Source of the DNA: Candidatus Bathyarchaeota archaeon
GTDB lineage: Archaea > Thermoproteota > Bathyarchaeia > 40CM-2-53-6
NCBI GenBank assembly: GCA_005888635.1
Contig: VBAW01000016.1
Span: 133,859-197,858, forward strand
Reading direction: 5' to 3'
Length of the DNA stretch: 64,000 bases
The notes under the pieces were generated by a model. It saw only the letters and a program-made list of their open reading frames with translations, searched no databases and had not been told where the DNA came from. Of the stretch, positions 39,603 to 50,150 are shown one piece after another. The stretch's first letter is position 1; each line of letters starts with the position of its first letter. The translations under genes were made by a program, and so were the position numbers.

Positions 39603-40612
39603 ATGGCTACCTCCAGCCCTCTCCCTCCCATCCGACAAAAAGAAATCGAAGCCTTCCTACAAGCAAATCCACTCGTTCGCCAATGGCTAACCAAATGGAA
39701 ACCAATAACACGAAAACTATACGCAATTGACATAATCAGATTCCAGCAACTATCAAACACGCAAATCGAACAACTCCTCGTCCGTCTAGAAAATAATCAA
39801 ATCAAGCCACGCGAAATACGCTCACTAATCGAAACATCACTTGCCGACCTCACCAACTCCGTACAAGCAAGAATGGACTCAGCAGTGAGAGGATTCTTCA
39901 AACATCACCACGGCAAACTACCTGATACAACCATAAAATACCTAAAAATCCGCGATTATAGAGCGTACCACAAAGACGAACTTCAAGCCTTAATCGGCTT
40001 TCTCGACAAGCCCCCTAGAAGAACTATTCGCGATTATCGCTACAGAGCGGATTGAGAGGAGGAACTGTCCTCCAACCAAAATGGCGTCATATCGAGCAAG
40101 ACTTCAACAACCGAGCGGGCCCGATAGCAATCAGACTCGAAAACTCGTTTCAGGTAGGTCGCAAGAAATCCGGATTCACCTTCATAGGAGACCGAGCAAG
40201 ACAACTAATCAGACGCTCCACCGAGACAAATAAGTCCGAGAGAGGCTACAGAATATACACAGAATCCGATCGCAACATCTTCCCATATTCATATGACTCA
40301 GTACTGACAATAATCAAAACGGCAAAAGACAAAGCTCAGCTACACGATCCGGCTTTAAGCCCGATACACTCATTCCGAAAATTCTTCCGCGAACAACTAA
40401 CCAACGCTGAAATCCACCCCGACCACATCAAAGTCCTTTTCGCCAGATTCGACGACACCGACGCGAAAGAATACACTTCCAAGGAATTCGAGACCCTCAG
40501 ACCAGAGTACGAGCACGCATACGCATACCTGGATTACATGAACAACGCACCCGACACAAGCGCCAACTATCAACCAAACAGACAGAGCAACAAGATATCA
40601 TCAACATACTAA
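39603..40612 (+). pseudogene. tyrosine recombinase/integrase split by a frameshift at about 40052
   Basis: N-terminal 150-aa core-binding-like ORF (39603..40055) and C-terminal 186-aa catalytic ORF (40052..40612) carrying HSFRKFFREQL (HxxR box) and a C-terminal Tyr region (EHAYAYLDY). The two frames differ by +1 at the junction. Confidence 0.65.
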
Positions 40613-40662
40613 GCCAAAGGCTCCAAAACCTCGAAACCGCACTCGCACAACGCCCAAACGAC

Positions 40663-40842
40663 ATGCTCATCCAAACAGTCAACGAATTACTCGACCAAGC
40701 GACACCCCAACAAAGATTCCAATTCTACGAAAAAATCATGGCAAGCCTCTCGACAGAACCAACCTATTCAAAAATCATGCAATTCACCAAACCGCCAACA
40801 ATGATGAGACCGCGAGAAAACAACCCGAACCCTATCGGATGA
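40663..40842 (+). CDS. possible small ORF downstream of integrase
   Basis: 59-aa ORF (MLIQTVNELLDQATPQQRFQFYEKIM...) below the size cutoff. Could instead be noncoding. Confidence 0.2.
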   Translation: MLIQTVNELLDQATPQQRFQFYEKIMASLSTEPTYSKIMQFTKPPTMMRPRENNPNPIG

Positions 40843-41010
40843 CACCCTTTTGACAACAAAATGGTTTCAAACTTCCGAACCTTGGACAACTAAAGCCCAA
40901 AACGCCGGGAACCGTCACACGTTCACACTAATGCAGTTTCGCCCAACAACTACGTAGAATCCCAACCTTTTTCTTCGCTAACTCTCCGAGTGAAACTGGA
41001 GATTTAGACC

Positions 41011-41259
41011 ATGACCGGGTGGTTATCCAAGATCTTCAAGGACAAGAAGGGTTACAAGCGCTTTGCTGACTCGGGAACACCTGTCCATCGTTACGTCGCC
41101 GAAAGGAAATATGGTCGTAAGTTGAAGAACCGAGAAGTGGTTCATCACAAAAACAGAATCAAGACGGACAACCGAAGAAACAATCTCTCGGTATTTTCCT
41201 CGCAGAAGAAGCATCATGCAGTTCACCGCCGCGACAAGAAGCGGTTTGGTAGATGGTGA
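41011..41259 (+). CDS. HNH endonuclease
   Basis: 82 aa: HRYVAERKYGRKLKNREVVHHKNRIKTDNRRNNL...HHAVH, a classic HNH motif. Confidence 0.65.
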   Translation: MTGWLSKIFKDKKGYKRFADSGTPVHRYVAERKYGRKLKNREVVHHKNRIKTDNRRNNLSVFSSQKKHHAVHRRDKKRFGRW

Positions 41260-41575
41260 CTGCTCCATCTCCCACGGGTGCTTGGCCAATGACGACAAAC
41301 AGCAGACGAGCGGAACCTCAATCAACTCCCGATTCGGAGCTTCAAAACACTCAGCTCAAACACCATCCTCAACAACAACGGACTTGACGATTCGAGTATT
41401 TCCACAGGACGGACACACGTAACCTAAGCCTTCAAGTTCATGTTCTTGCCACTTGAAAGTCCAGAACGCGTTATTGACATCCGGAAGATGAGGAATGTGT
41501 ACCTCGGATACTCTAGAGCCCAGCGATGTCTTGATGTCCTGCGTCAGCTCGCTAGGGTGACTGGCTGATCGTGAG

Positions 41576-42304
41576 TTGACGAGGAAGGATCCTAGACAGG
41601 CCCTTCCGGGGTTCGATGTTTATGCGGAGCTGAAACCAATAGCTCCACTCTGGCAATGGTTCCTCGCAGGGTTGCTATTGGTGATCTTTTCACCACCAAT
41701 TTTGTGGTTCGGTAACTTTCCATCGGAGCCTGTGCAGATTCTGATTCTGGCCCTGTTCCTTCTAGGGTGCGCCTTTCTCACCGCGCTATACGTACGTCGA
41801 AAGTGGATTCCCATAGGAATCAGACCGGAAGGGAAAGGAGTGTTGGTTGTCGGGAAAACAATCTCTGAGAATCTTAGTCCTGCTTCTAGAGTCAATTTCG
41901 ACGACGGAGCCATGATCTATTTGGAAAAGCCCGGTGCTCGTCTTCAACTTCGGAAGATGGAAATTAGATTCTCGTCTCGGGAAGACGCGAAACGCGTCGT
42001 TGATTGGTTGGAACGGGGCGTTGGTTCTACTAGTCTTGACAGACGCTCGGGGGTAAGATCAGAGATCTGGGCTCTGGTCTCTAATGGCCCGTATCTCAAG
42101 AGGTCTCGGATAGAGTTCGAGCGGGGCATCTGCTTTGTCGTGGATCCTGGAATGAACATTTTCGAGGTGATTCCGAAACGTGTTCGACGCAAGGACGAGG
42201 TTACTTTGGTAGCGTCTACAGGTTTCTGGCACTATGGAGACGTCGTGATGAAGTTCGACTCGTCAGTCGATGCAAATAGGATCGAACAGCAGTTGAACAC
42301 CTGA
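41576..42304 (+). CDS. hypothetical membrane protein
   Basis: 242 aa with 2 N-terminal TM helices and a soluble C-terminal domain. Confidence 0.45.
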   Translation: MTRKDPRQALPGFDVYAELKPIAPLWQWFLAGLLLVIFSPPILWFGNFPSEPVQILILALFLLGCAFLTALYVRRKWIPIGIRPEGKGVLVVGKTISENLSPASRVNFDDGAMIYLEKPGARLQLRKMEIRFSSREDAKRVVDWLERGVGSTSLDRRSGVRSEIWALVSNGPYLKRSRIEFERGICFVVDPGMNIFEVIPKRVRRKDEVTLVASTGFWHYGDVVMKFDSSVDANRIEQQLNT

Positions 42305-42323
42305 GAGGGGCCCAAGCCTCAGT

Positions 42324-42728
42324 TCAAACGCTGCGCACCGCTCTAGGTCTCAAGCACCACGTTTTGATGGTCCACAATCCTAGAATTGACAGGTACAACA
42401 AGCCGACCACAACAAAAGGGGGCCACCAAGAAGATGCCGGACTGATTAGACCCATCCCAACACCAAGGACGGTTGACAGTCCAAACGCTGTGATTCCCAT
42501 CAGTCGAGCGCCGGACCAACGAGCAATGATAGCCACGCAAAAAATCAGAATCAGTACTCCATCAATAAGAAACCCTGCTGAGAGAAACCCTGCCTTCCCA
42601 CCCTTCCCAAGTAAACTAGCCGTCAGCCCAAAAGTGAACCCAAGGCCCAAGTGCGCCAAGCCCCATATAACAGAAAATATTCCCGCGGCGAATTTGGCTA
42701 ACTTCACCGCGAGCAGACTAGATTCCAT
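42324..42728 (-). CDS. hypothetical membrane protein
   Basis: 134 aa with 4 TM helices. Confidence 0.45.
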   Translation of the reverse strand: MESSLLAVKLAKFAAGIFSVIWGLAHLGLGFTFGLTASLLGKGGKAGFLSAGFLIDGVLILIFCVAIIARWSGARLMGITAFGLSTVLGVGMGLISPASSWWPPFVVVGLLYLSILGLWTIKTWCLRPRAVRSV

Positions 42729-42927
42729 CTTTAGCCAGCACGCAGAACGTATTGTTATTACCTCAATCTGTGATTAGAGCTTTTCTCAAAATCACATTCC
42801 CAGCAAAAGCTGGCAATACCCAATGCGGAGACCTCTTTAGCCATAACAGATCATCGCTGACGCGCTATAATCCAAGAGACCGGAGAACGGTCTCCGCTAT
42901 CACTTCTTAACCTCAAAGGAGGAAGCT

Positions 42928-43416
42928 ATGAAGAAATGCACCATTTCCCTTAGCGATAACCGTATTACCGTCATAGAACGCTATAACTCCAGAGGAGACT
43001 TACGGTTGAAAAAATGTCAGCGTTGCGGAACCATATCCCAAGACGCAGATGTCGTATGCGGGATCTGCGGCACCAATATTGCGAATACTCCTTCGCTAGA
43101 GGATAGCATCGAAGAAGAAATACTCAAAGACCAAAAGTTGAGGGAAGAAGAAAGCAGACGTATCCGGCAAAAGATTCCCAGAGAATCTACGCGCGAACTT
43201 ATGCGAAGGCTCTTACCTTCACTTCTCGCTCTTGCAATCGGCTTTACCCTTTTACTCTACAGATTATCCCAGGCCCTCGCAATGGGGGGAAACTCGGATC
43301 TCCAACCCATTCCTTACCGCGTTTACGCGCAAAACATTTTCCCTAAAACAGAAACCAAAAGAACATCACAATTACATCAAATCACCATGCGCTTGCAAGC
43401 GCCTAATCCTTATTAG
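42928..43416 (+). CDS. zinc-ribbon plus TM protein
   Basis: 162 aa with CQRCGT...CGICG ribbon, a charged helix and one TM. GGAGG 8 nt upstream of the ATG. Confidence 0.55.
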   Translation: MKKCTISLSDNRITVIERYNSRGDLRLKKCQRCGTISQDADVVCGICGTNIANTPSLEDSIEEEILKDQKLREEESRRIRQKIPRESTRELMRRLLPSLLALAIGFTLLLYRLSQALAMGGNSDLQPIPYRVYAQNIFPKTETKRTSQLHQITMRLQAPNPY

Positions 43417-43424
43417 ACTAGAAT

Positions 43425-43826
43425 GTGAAAGTCGTTATTGTGCTTCGCGTAGCTTTGGTTGTTTTAGTTGTTTTCTCCATGATTGCTACAGTGTTTGCAC
43501 AGCCACCCAGTCTCAGGAATTGGACGATCCCATTCACAGGTTCCATTGATGTGCGACTCCACGCTCAAACACCCACTCCGCTCCGGGGCACGTCGTTCAG
43601 CATGATAATCAGTGGTAACATACCATACAAGTCACTATACGAGAATAGCCTCAATATCACTATAAACCGCCAAAACTTTGTTATCTACCAAACCGACCAG
43701 TGCTGCTACGAGGGAATCAATATGCTTTCAAACCTCAACATAACCGCGTCAATGGTCTTTCACGTATCGACAACAGTGCCTTGGAACGGCTCCTTTGTCT
43801 TTCATGCTTGGGTAGAACCATTTTAG
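43425..43826 (+). CDS. secreted hypothetical protein
   Basis: 133 aa with an N-terminal signal peptide (VVLVVFSMIATVFAQP). Asn/Thr-rich. Confidence 0.5.
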   Translation: MKVVIVLRVALVVLVVFSMIATVFAQPPSLRNWTIPFTGSIDVRLHAQTPTPLRGTSFSMIISGNIPYKSLYENSLNITINRQNFVIYQTDQCCYEGINMLSNLNITASMVFHVSTTVPWNGSFVFHAWVEPF

Positions 43827-44418
43827 GCACCAATCCAAGAGACAAAAAACGAAATAACGAATAAAGAATACAACATCAAAGAACGACAGAACAATAGCCT
43901 ACCGCAAACAATCACTACGTTCAAGACACCGCTAATGCTCAAAACACACACATACCAAACCGCTCAACAGAGTTATCACGGTCAACCGCTCGTACCCCTC
44001 GCTATCAACAGAACAGGATCATCAGACAGAAACCTATCAAAACGCAGAACACAGATAACCATGCCTCGTACCTCGGCACTCACGACCATAGGATCACTGC
44101 TCGGGTACCTCGCTCTCCGTAGTCAACTACACAGAGAAACCGATAGGAAGCCATGCAGACAGACCCAAAACGCAGAACGCGTCACACACCCGATACCAGA
44201 TCACCTAGACAAGCACCGCGTCGGAGACAACCGGCGGCGCAATCTGTAATCACTATCAAGAGAAGCTGGGGCGGCCCCAGAGCCCCCGATGACAGAGCAC
44301 GATTCAGGCACGCTAGCGAAGGCGCGATGCAAGAAGCTCAAAAGACCATGAAGACCGGTCATCATGCCCTCAAGGTCATCGGTCTTGACTCTTACCACAA
44401 ATAGAGGGGATTACGAAA

Positions 44419-45024
44419 TTACAGGGGTTTCCCGCATTTCCCGCAATAGATCGCATCCTCATTCTCAAGGTAGCCGCAGTTGCGGCATTTCACTTTGACA
44501 ACGGATTCACTCCTAAGCGGGTTTCCTCCAAATCCTATCCTCAAGCCCTCGCCAGCGGCCTCTGAGACACGCTCAATCGCGGGTGATGCCTCAGACGCTA
44601 CATACGTAGTCACTGGCCTAATCATCCCAAGTCTAAGTGCTCCGAATCCAAGTGCTAAGAGAACCATCCCGATTATTGCCGTGACGAACGATGAATTCAT
44701 CTGGGCTTCCCTTGCTGCGAAGTCAAACTGGTTTGACGTAGGCGTCATCACTGACGTTGCCGCCACTAGGAAGAGGACTAGCCCTATGACAACCATTATT
44801 GCCCCAATGGCCGTCAGTGATCCGCGACCCAAGCCGAATAGTGACCCGTCATCACTACCCATTCGAATCACTGGGAATAACGAGCGAAAGCATGAATTAA
44901 GTCTGTCCGACAGAAGGAACGCTTTATTACGCTTACTTGGTAGCCAGATACTACTACGGGAAGCACTGACCGCCTGACGCGCGCTCGCGCTCCTTCGTCG
45001 CGCTACGCCACAAGCAGCCAACAC
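44419..45024 (-). CDS. membrane protein with C-terminal zinc ribbon (likely starts near 44859)
   Basis: TM helices plus KCRNCGYLENEDAIYCGKCGKPL. Confidence 0.45.
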   Translation of the reverse strand: MLAACGVARRRSASARQAVSASRSSIWLPSKRNKAFLLSDRLNSCFRSLFPVIRMGSDDGSLFGLGRGSLTAIGAIMVVIGLVLFLVAATSVMTPTSNQFDFAAREAQMNSSFVTAIIGMVLLALGFGALRLGMIRPVTTYVASEASPAIERVSEAAGEGLRIGFGGNPLRSESVVKVKCRNCGYLENEDAIYCGKCGKPL

Positions 45025-45246
45025 TGGTTTTCACGCTGGAATCTTTCCGACGCAACAGAAAACCCAGAGGCAGACTACGACATCTTGCTATCAGCAAGCA
45101 TCAAAAAACAGTTCGAACAACTCCAGCCATTACTCACCATACAACACTTAGCCCAACAAGAATCGCAGATACCGACAGTATCAATACTCACACGACGAAA
45201 CTTCACCCTGCAAACAACACAGAATACATCATCACCAAGATAACGC

Positions 45247-45849
45247 CTAACCATAACCAGACACCTCAATCAAAGACTGAAACAGCAAGACACCCTTCCA
45301 GGAAGCAAGACCACCAACATACCCGAACAGCTTCAACAACCGACGAAAAACACGACTCTCGCCTACAAAGATCCAATGCCGAGAGGCAGATCCGCGAACG
45401 TAGCCAGACTGACTACTCATGTACTGAGTAACCAGGTAACGCGAGATACCGCCAATACCGCCCTTCCTATCCTCAACACGAGTAATCCAGCCCTCAAACG
45501 CACCATGAATCTCATACCAAGCATGGCGAATCCAAGCGATTGGAATGAAGCACCCACGATACAACAGGTGAAGGACACCATGTCCCTCAGAGGATCGAAC
45601 GTAGCAATACTCAAACTTCCCAAACATTCGACGAATGCGCTTAACAAGAATCTGCAAAGATTTCTGAACCACTCGTGGAGACCTTGGACTCGAAGTCAAA
45701 GTCAAGAAACGCAGATCAGCACCAACACCACGACCAATCGTTAAGCCAGACAAAGCGCGACGATAACCACGGCGCTGCTTCACAGACCACCAACCAGAAA
45801 CAAGAGAGCGGAAACTGCGCTCACGAATACACGACTGGCATGACTCCAC
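45247..45849 (-). CDS. hypothetical protein (weak replication-initiator-like FLTLT motif)
   Basis: 200-aa Arg/Gly-rich ORF containing RFLTLTSS. A competing ORF exists on the opposite strand, so the coding strand is uncertain. Confidence 0.3.
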   Translation of the reverse strand: MESCQSCIRERSFRSLVSGWWSVKQRRGYRRALSGLTIGRGVGADLRFLTLTSSPRSPRVVQKSLQILVKRIRRMFGKFEYCYVRSSEGHGVLHLLYRGCFIPIAWIRHAWYEIHGAFEGWITRVEDRKGGIGGISRYLVTQYMSSQSGYVRGSASRHWIFVGESRVFRRLLKLFGYVGGLASWKGVLLFQSLIEVSGYG

Positions 45850-46042
45850 ACTACTGACAGAATGCCTACAGAATCGACTTACGGAGACTCGGCAATCATT
45901 GCCCCATCAGTCCTCGCTGGTAACAATACGATCCCGTTCCAGCGATTTACAGTTGGCTCGTTTTCTTATCTGGAACAAATCAATCGCATAAGCGTTCATA
46001 TATGGGAAAGAGCTTGAGCTGTTCGTCACGGGTAGCGTCGCA

Positions 46043-46279
46043 ATGAGTGCTGTTCGCGTTGGAGACTCCGATCTAACAAAGATACTACGCGGAGTCGCAG
46101 TCATAGTGGCCGCGGCGCTGATGATTCTTCCAGCATATTTCAACTATGAGATCTGGAAGACAGGATTCAACCCGGTTGTGTCAATGGCAATTAGCCTGCA
46201 ACTGTTTGCTATTGGAATCGTCATCTTCATTCTCGCAGTGGGCAAAGAGCGACTGGCTCCAAAGTCTCAACCTCAGTAA
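46043..46279 (+). CDS. small membrane protein
   Basis: 78 aa with 2 TM helices. Confidence 0.35.
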   Translation: MSAVRVGDSDLTKILRGVAVIVAAALMILPAYFNYEIWKTGFNPVVSMAISLQLFAIGIVIFILAVGKERLAPKSQPQ

Positions 46280-46333
46280 GGGTCTCATACCGCCGGGCAT
46301 TTGCAACCGATAATCTCCGCGGCCAAGTCCGCT

Positions 46334-47809
46334 CTAGATGGTCGTTAGGGGCGCGTCAATCTGTTTCTCTTGGTCCGATTGAGGCTCGGGGGACGAGACT
46401 CTGTCCGCCCACTCTTTGACGACCTTGACCAATTGCAGTCTCAAATCTTCTCCTATGAGCTGTGATCTTCTAACTGTCCTGATGTTATCTGCGAGCTGGA
46501 TCGAACCGAGCACATCCTTCGTCCACTTTTCGATATCCCTGCGTCCAATGTGATATTCCAGCGATTCTAGCGGGACTATCTTGAGAGCGTCAAGGAATTC
46601 TTGGATAGATGTTGCAAGTATTCCCGAGTATTGTCCGAGTCCTGTGTCAAAGTAGAATGATTTGTCCCGAGGGACTGCAATGATCCCGTCGACCGTGTCT
46701 CCCTCTTCGACCCTTGTATTGGGCCAGAGCTTGCTTCCAGGGAGGATCTTTGCATTGTTTCCGATGTTGCATCCTTGTCCGATTATTGATCTGTCAATCG
46801 ATACGTCGTTGCCGATGACGGCTCTCTCGCCGATTATTGCTGATTTTATGGAGCAGTTTCTTCCGAAGACGGTGTTCTCGAACGCGACTCCGGTCTCAAA
46901 GCTCGTCCCAGACATCAGCCTTGAATTTTCTTTTAAGACGGTCCCAGGTCTAATCTGGACATTTTCCCCAAGCGACGTCTCGTTATCGATCCATGAGGGG
47001 CCAAGCATCTGGGAACCTCGGCCAATCTTGACGTCTCCCCTAGCAAACACTGGTTCGCTTGGGTTTCCGATCAGCCTTGCATCTTTGGGAGGATCCGTAG
47101 CGAAATTTCGAAGGACCCAGTTCACTCCCTTCAGATACCCTTTCAATTCCCCAACATCGACCCAGAATGAGTCTGATGTGTAGCCGAAAAGATGCTTCCC
47201 TAATCTCATCAAATAAGGGAACAGGTCTTTCGCGAAGTCCCATTTTTCATTCTCAACATAGTCCAAGACTTCTGGTTCGAGGATGTAGAAGCCTGTGCTG
47301 ACCAGATTGCTTGGTACAGTACCTGGAGAGGGTTTCTCGACAAACCTGACGATCTCATTCTCCTCGTCTACGATAGCGACTCCGTACGCAGACGGATCAT
47401 CCACATTGGTCAGCGCGATAGAGACTTCGCCTTGTCTATCTGAATGGAACCTCGCCATGTCCGTCAGCGATATTTCGCTGACCACATCAGCCTGGACAAC
47501 CAGGAAAGTTTCGTCTAATAGATGGGCGGCGAGCTTCAGACTTCCAGCCGTTCCAAACGTGACCCCTTCCGGCTCAACAACATACGTTATTCGGACTCCG
47601 AAGTGGGACCCGTCGCCGACGTATCCCATTATCTGATCTTTCAGGTATCCTGGGATTATGATGAGATCCTTGAAACCGTTCCGGGACAGATGGGATAGTA
47701 CGTAATGAATTATCGGGTTTGGACCCAATGGAAGCATTGGCTTAGGCCGGGTGAATGTGAGAGGACGCAGACGTGTGCCTTCCCCCCCGGCTAGGACTAC
47801 GGCCTTCAA
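46334..47809 (-). CDS. sugar-1-phosphate nucleotidyltransferase with left-handed beta-helix and extra C-terminal domain
   Basis: 491 aa with LAGGEGTRLRPLT and a hexapeptide-repeat region (GNDVSIDRSIIGQGCNIGNNAKI). Confidence 0.85.
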   Translation of the reverse strand: MKAVVLAGGEGTRLRPLTFTRPKPMLPLGPNPIIHYVLSHLSRNGFKDLIIIPGYLKDQIMGYVGDGSHFGVRITYVVEPEGVTFGTAGSLKLAAHLLDETFLVVQADVVSEISLTDMARFHSDRQGEVSIALTNVDDPSAYGVAIVDEENEIVRFVEKPSPGTVPSNLVSTGFYILEPEVLDYVENEKWDFAKDLFPYLMRLGKHLFGYTSDSFWVDVGELKGYLKGVNWVLRNFATDPPKDARLIGNPSEPVFARGDVKIGRGSQMLGPSWIDNETSLGENVQIRPGTVLKENSRLMSGTSFETGVAFENTVFGRNCSIKSAIIGERAVIGNDVSIDRSIIGQGCNIGNNAKILPGSKLWPNTRVEEGDTVDGIIAVPRDKSFYFDTGLGQYSGILATSIQEFLDALKIVPLESLEYHIGRRDIEKWTKDVLGSIQLADNIRTVRRSQLIGEDLRLQLVKVVKEWADRVSSPEPQSDQEKQIDAPLTTI

Positions 47810-47958
47810 AGCTGGCGAACTCGATGCCTACTCGCGTTCTTCCTCCATCCGCAGTTCTGGCCGGCCACGCATAATATGCATAGCGGCTAGTCTTGGGACG
47901 CCAAGGGGAACGCGGTGCAGAGGGGTCTAGAAAACAGTTTGTCAGAAAAATGGAGTAG

Positions 47959-48393
47959 TTAGTTCTGTTCGAAGAGCCGCGTCAATCTTTCCGCGACCTC
48001 CTTCAGCTTGTCTTTGTATTCGGCTATTTTTGGGGCGTTGGATTTCGCTAGATCCTCGAAGTAAGAGACGAAATCTTTCATCTCGCTCACCATGGAATCG
48101 ACGGAGTTTGGTCGTTGCGAGAACGGGAAGCCGAAGGGGAATGTTCCCTCATCCTTGCCCTTGTCGGTGAGTTCGTAGCGTCCATCTTCCCTCTTCCTGA
48201 TTGCGCCCTCTTGGACCATCTGATCTAAGAGGGGGTAGATTGAGCCCGGTGACGGTCGCCAGCCTCCCCAGCTCATCTTCTCGATCTCGTCGATAATCTC
48301 AGCGCCATTCTTGGGTGACCGAGTTATCATGGAGATGACCCAGGGTCTGAGCCATCCTCGCCTCATTCCACCCCATTGCCTATGTCCCCACAA
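47959..48393 (-). CDS. PadR-family transcriptional regulator
   Basis: wHTH with GSIYPLLDQMVQEGAI. Confidence 0.7.
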   Translation of the reverse strand: MWGHRQWGGMRRGWLRPWVISMITRSPKNGAEIIDEIEKMSWGGWRPSPGSIYPLLDQMVQEGAIRKREDGRYELTDKGKDEGTFPFGFPFSQRPNSVDSMVSEMKDFVSYFEDLAKSNAPKIAEYKDKLKEVAERLTRLFEQN

Positions 48394-48424
48394 GTCTTGT
48401 CCGATATCGTTTATCCGATATCGG

Positions 48425-49606
48425 CTAATAAGCTCTTCGGTTCATATTCTTAATCCAGAATACTGCCGAGACGCTCCCTATCAAAGCAAGTATGGCTACA
48501 CTGCCGAATGACACTTCTAAGCTCAAGAATTGGGAGACGTATCCACTAGCCAAACCAAGGATCGAAGCGCCTATTGTCTGGCCCGAGGAAAGAACTCCGA
48601 AAGACCGTCCGGATTGCTGACCTATGGAGCCCAAGTAGCGTGACAATTCTGTGTAGGTCAAGGGATACGTGGCGGAAATTGAGAATCCAGTAGCGAGCAG
48701 AGTTATGGTAGCAAGAATCGCGTTTCCTGAAAGTAGTGTGAAGGCAGCAATGGAACCCGAGGCAACGATGTAAGAGATGGCTAGGAGAACATTCGTCGGG
48801 ACGAACCGGGTCCAGCCTCCTGTGGCAATTGCTCCCAAGGACGCGAAGGCAATGAATGCAGAGACTATCAGGTTCGCCTGCGAAACGTCCAAGTGTGCCC
48901 GAGTTCCCAAGAAGATATTCGCGAAGTTCAATATGACAGCGTAAGATCCGCCTGAAATGAAGGCTGCAAGGACGAAGAATACAGGAATGGTCCGCTTTGT
49001 TTGCGGCTTCGAGCTAGATGGAGTTTGAGGATCATCGGACGCGGCGGAGTGTCGACCTCGTAGAAGGGTCAGCGTTAGAATTACGTCAGCTAGAGTCCAG
49101 ACGGCAAACACGACGAATGTTGCACGCCAGCCTACCTCAAGATACAGAGAAGCAGAGATCAAGAACACGAGCAAGACTCCGACGTTACCAAAGGCGCTCT
49201 GAAATCCCATCGACTTCTGCAATCTTGGACCTCCATACGATTTCGAGATAGTCGATATTCCAACAGGATGGAAGAAGCTGGAACCTAAGCGTAGAAAAAT
49301 TACTGAAGTTAACAGACTCAAGAATCCGGTCGCGAAGACGAACGAGACAACCGAGACGGTGATTATTGCTATTCCGATCGCGAGAAGTCTTCCAGGATCT
49401 CTTCCCTCACTGTAATGACCAACCACCGGTTGGAACAAGATATTGACCAAGTAGCCGAGGGCGACAATAATGCCTACTTGGAAAACGGAGATGTTGAACA
49501 ACGCCAAGACAATCGGGAATAGGCTGGACAGGAGGTAGACAGAACCATCGTTGGTAGCGTGGTTCAGAGAGACTACGTAGAGGACCCTATTCGAAGTGCT
49601 AGTCAA
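48425..49606 (-). CDS. MFS transporter
   Basis: 393 aa with 12 TM helices. Confidence 0.8.
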   Translation of the reverse strand: MTSTSNRVLYVVSLNHATNDGSVYLLSSLFPIVLALFNISVFQVGIIVALGYLVNILFQPVVGHYSEGRDPGRLLAIGIAIITVSVVSFVFATGFLSLLTSVIFLRLGSSFFHPVGISTISKSYGGPRLQKSMGFQSAFGNVGVLLVFLISASLYLEVGWRATFVVFAVWTLADVILTLTLLRGRHSAASDDPQTPSSSKPQTKRTIPVFFVLAAFISGGSYAVILNFANIFLGTRAHLDVSQANLIVSAFIAFASLGAIATGGWTRFVPTNVLLAISYIVASGSIAAFTLLSGNAILATITLLATGFSISATYPLTYTELSRYLGSIGQQSGRSFGVLSSGQTIGASILGLASGYVSQFLSLEVSFGSVAILALIGSVSAVFWIKNMNRRAY

Positions 49607-49643
49607 GAGCGGCGACGTGGAGGAATGCCAGTGCCCCGAGATT

Positions 49644-50150
49644 CTATTCTTCGATCTCCGGCACGTGCGAGGAGGCAGGTACGGTGCGGGGACTTCGGTT
49701 TCGTTTGGTTTCTTGGTAGCGAGATTCTATCCAACCGATGACCTTGTCTTCAGTTACTGCCTCAGCTTCTGTCTGTTTGTTTATGTTCTCTGCAATCACT
49801 CTCAGGAATTCTTTAGGGTTGACAGGCTTGATGATGTAGGCATCTGCTTGTTGATTTACGGATTCGACGGCGTTGTCCAGAGTCGGGTATCCTGTGAGGA
49901 TGATTTTCCTCGCTTTAGGAAGCATCCCGTGGATCTTAGAGAGTAGTTCTGTCCCGTCCGTGTCAGGTAGGTTGATGTCGATGACAGCTATATTGTAGAG
50001 TCGAGCTTTGCACTTTTCGAGGGCTTCGGACCCGGTCTGGGCCGTGTCGACATTATAGCCCTCTGGCTCCAAGATTTCCTTGAAGCTGTTCAAGATTCCT
50101 GGGTCGTCGTCGACGATGAGGATACTCTTTCTTTCCATTATCGGAATCAT
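49644..50150 (-). CDS. response regulator receiver (CheY-like)
   Basis: 168 aa with ILIVDDD...D...K receiver motifs. ATGA overlap with the upstream kinase gene. Confidence 0.85.
   Translation of the reverse strand: MIPIMERKSILIVDDDPGILNSFKEILEPEGYNVDTAQTGSEALEKCKARLYNIAVIDINLPDTDGTELLSKIHGMLPKARKIILTGYPTLDNAVESVNQQADAYIIKPVNPKEFLRVIAENINKQTEAEAVTEDKVIGWIESRYQETKRNRSPRTVPASSHVPEIEE

Larger units (their letters stand above)
39538..45997. mobile_element. candidate integrated element (integrase + HNH + small membrane/Zn-ribbon ORFs), A/C-skewed top strand
   Basis: Strand composition changes abruptly (A/C-rich plus strand) exactly after the trmI stop and reverts near 46.0 kb. Contains a tyrosine recombinase, an HNH nuclease and unrelated small ORFs. 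A 10-bp direct repeat ATAAGCGTTC sits at 39528-39537 and 45988-45997. Confidence 0.45.

Noticed and set aside
40497-40682. Minus-strand 61-aa ORF overlapping the integrase 3' end
   Set aside because: It is an antisense frame within a better-supported gene, with no features.
39528-45997. 10-bp direct repeat ATAAGCGTTC as proof of att sites
   Set aside because: It is kept only as a hint. An exact 10-mer match is expected by chance many times in 64 kb, so it is not counted as independent evidence.
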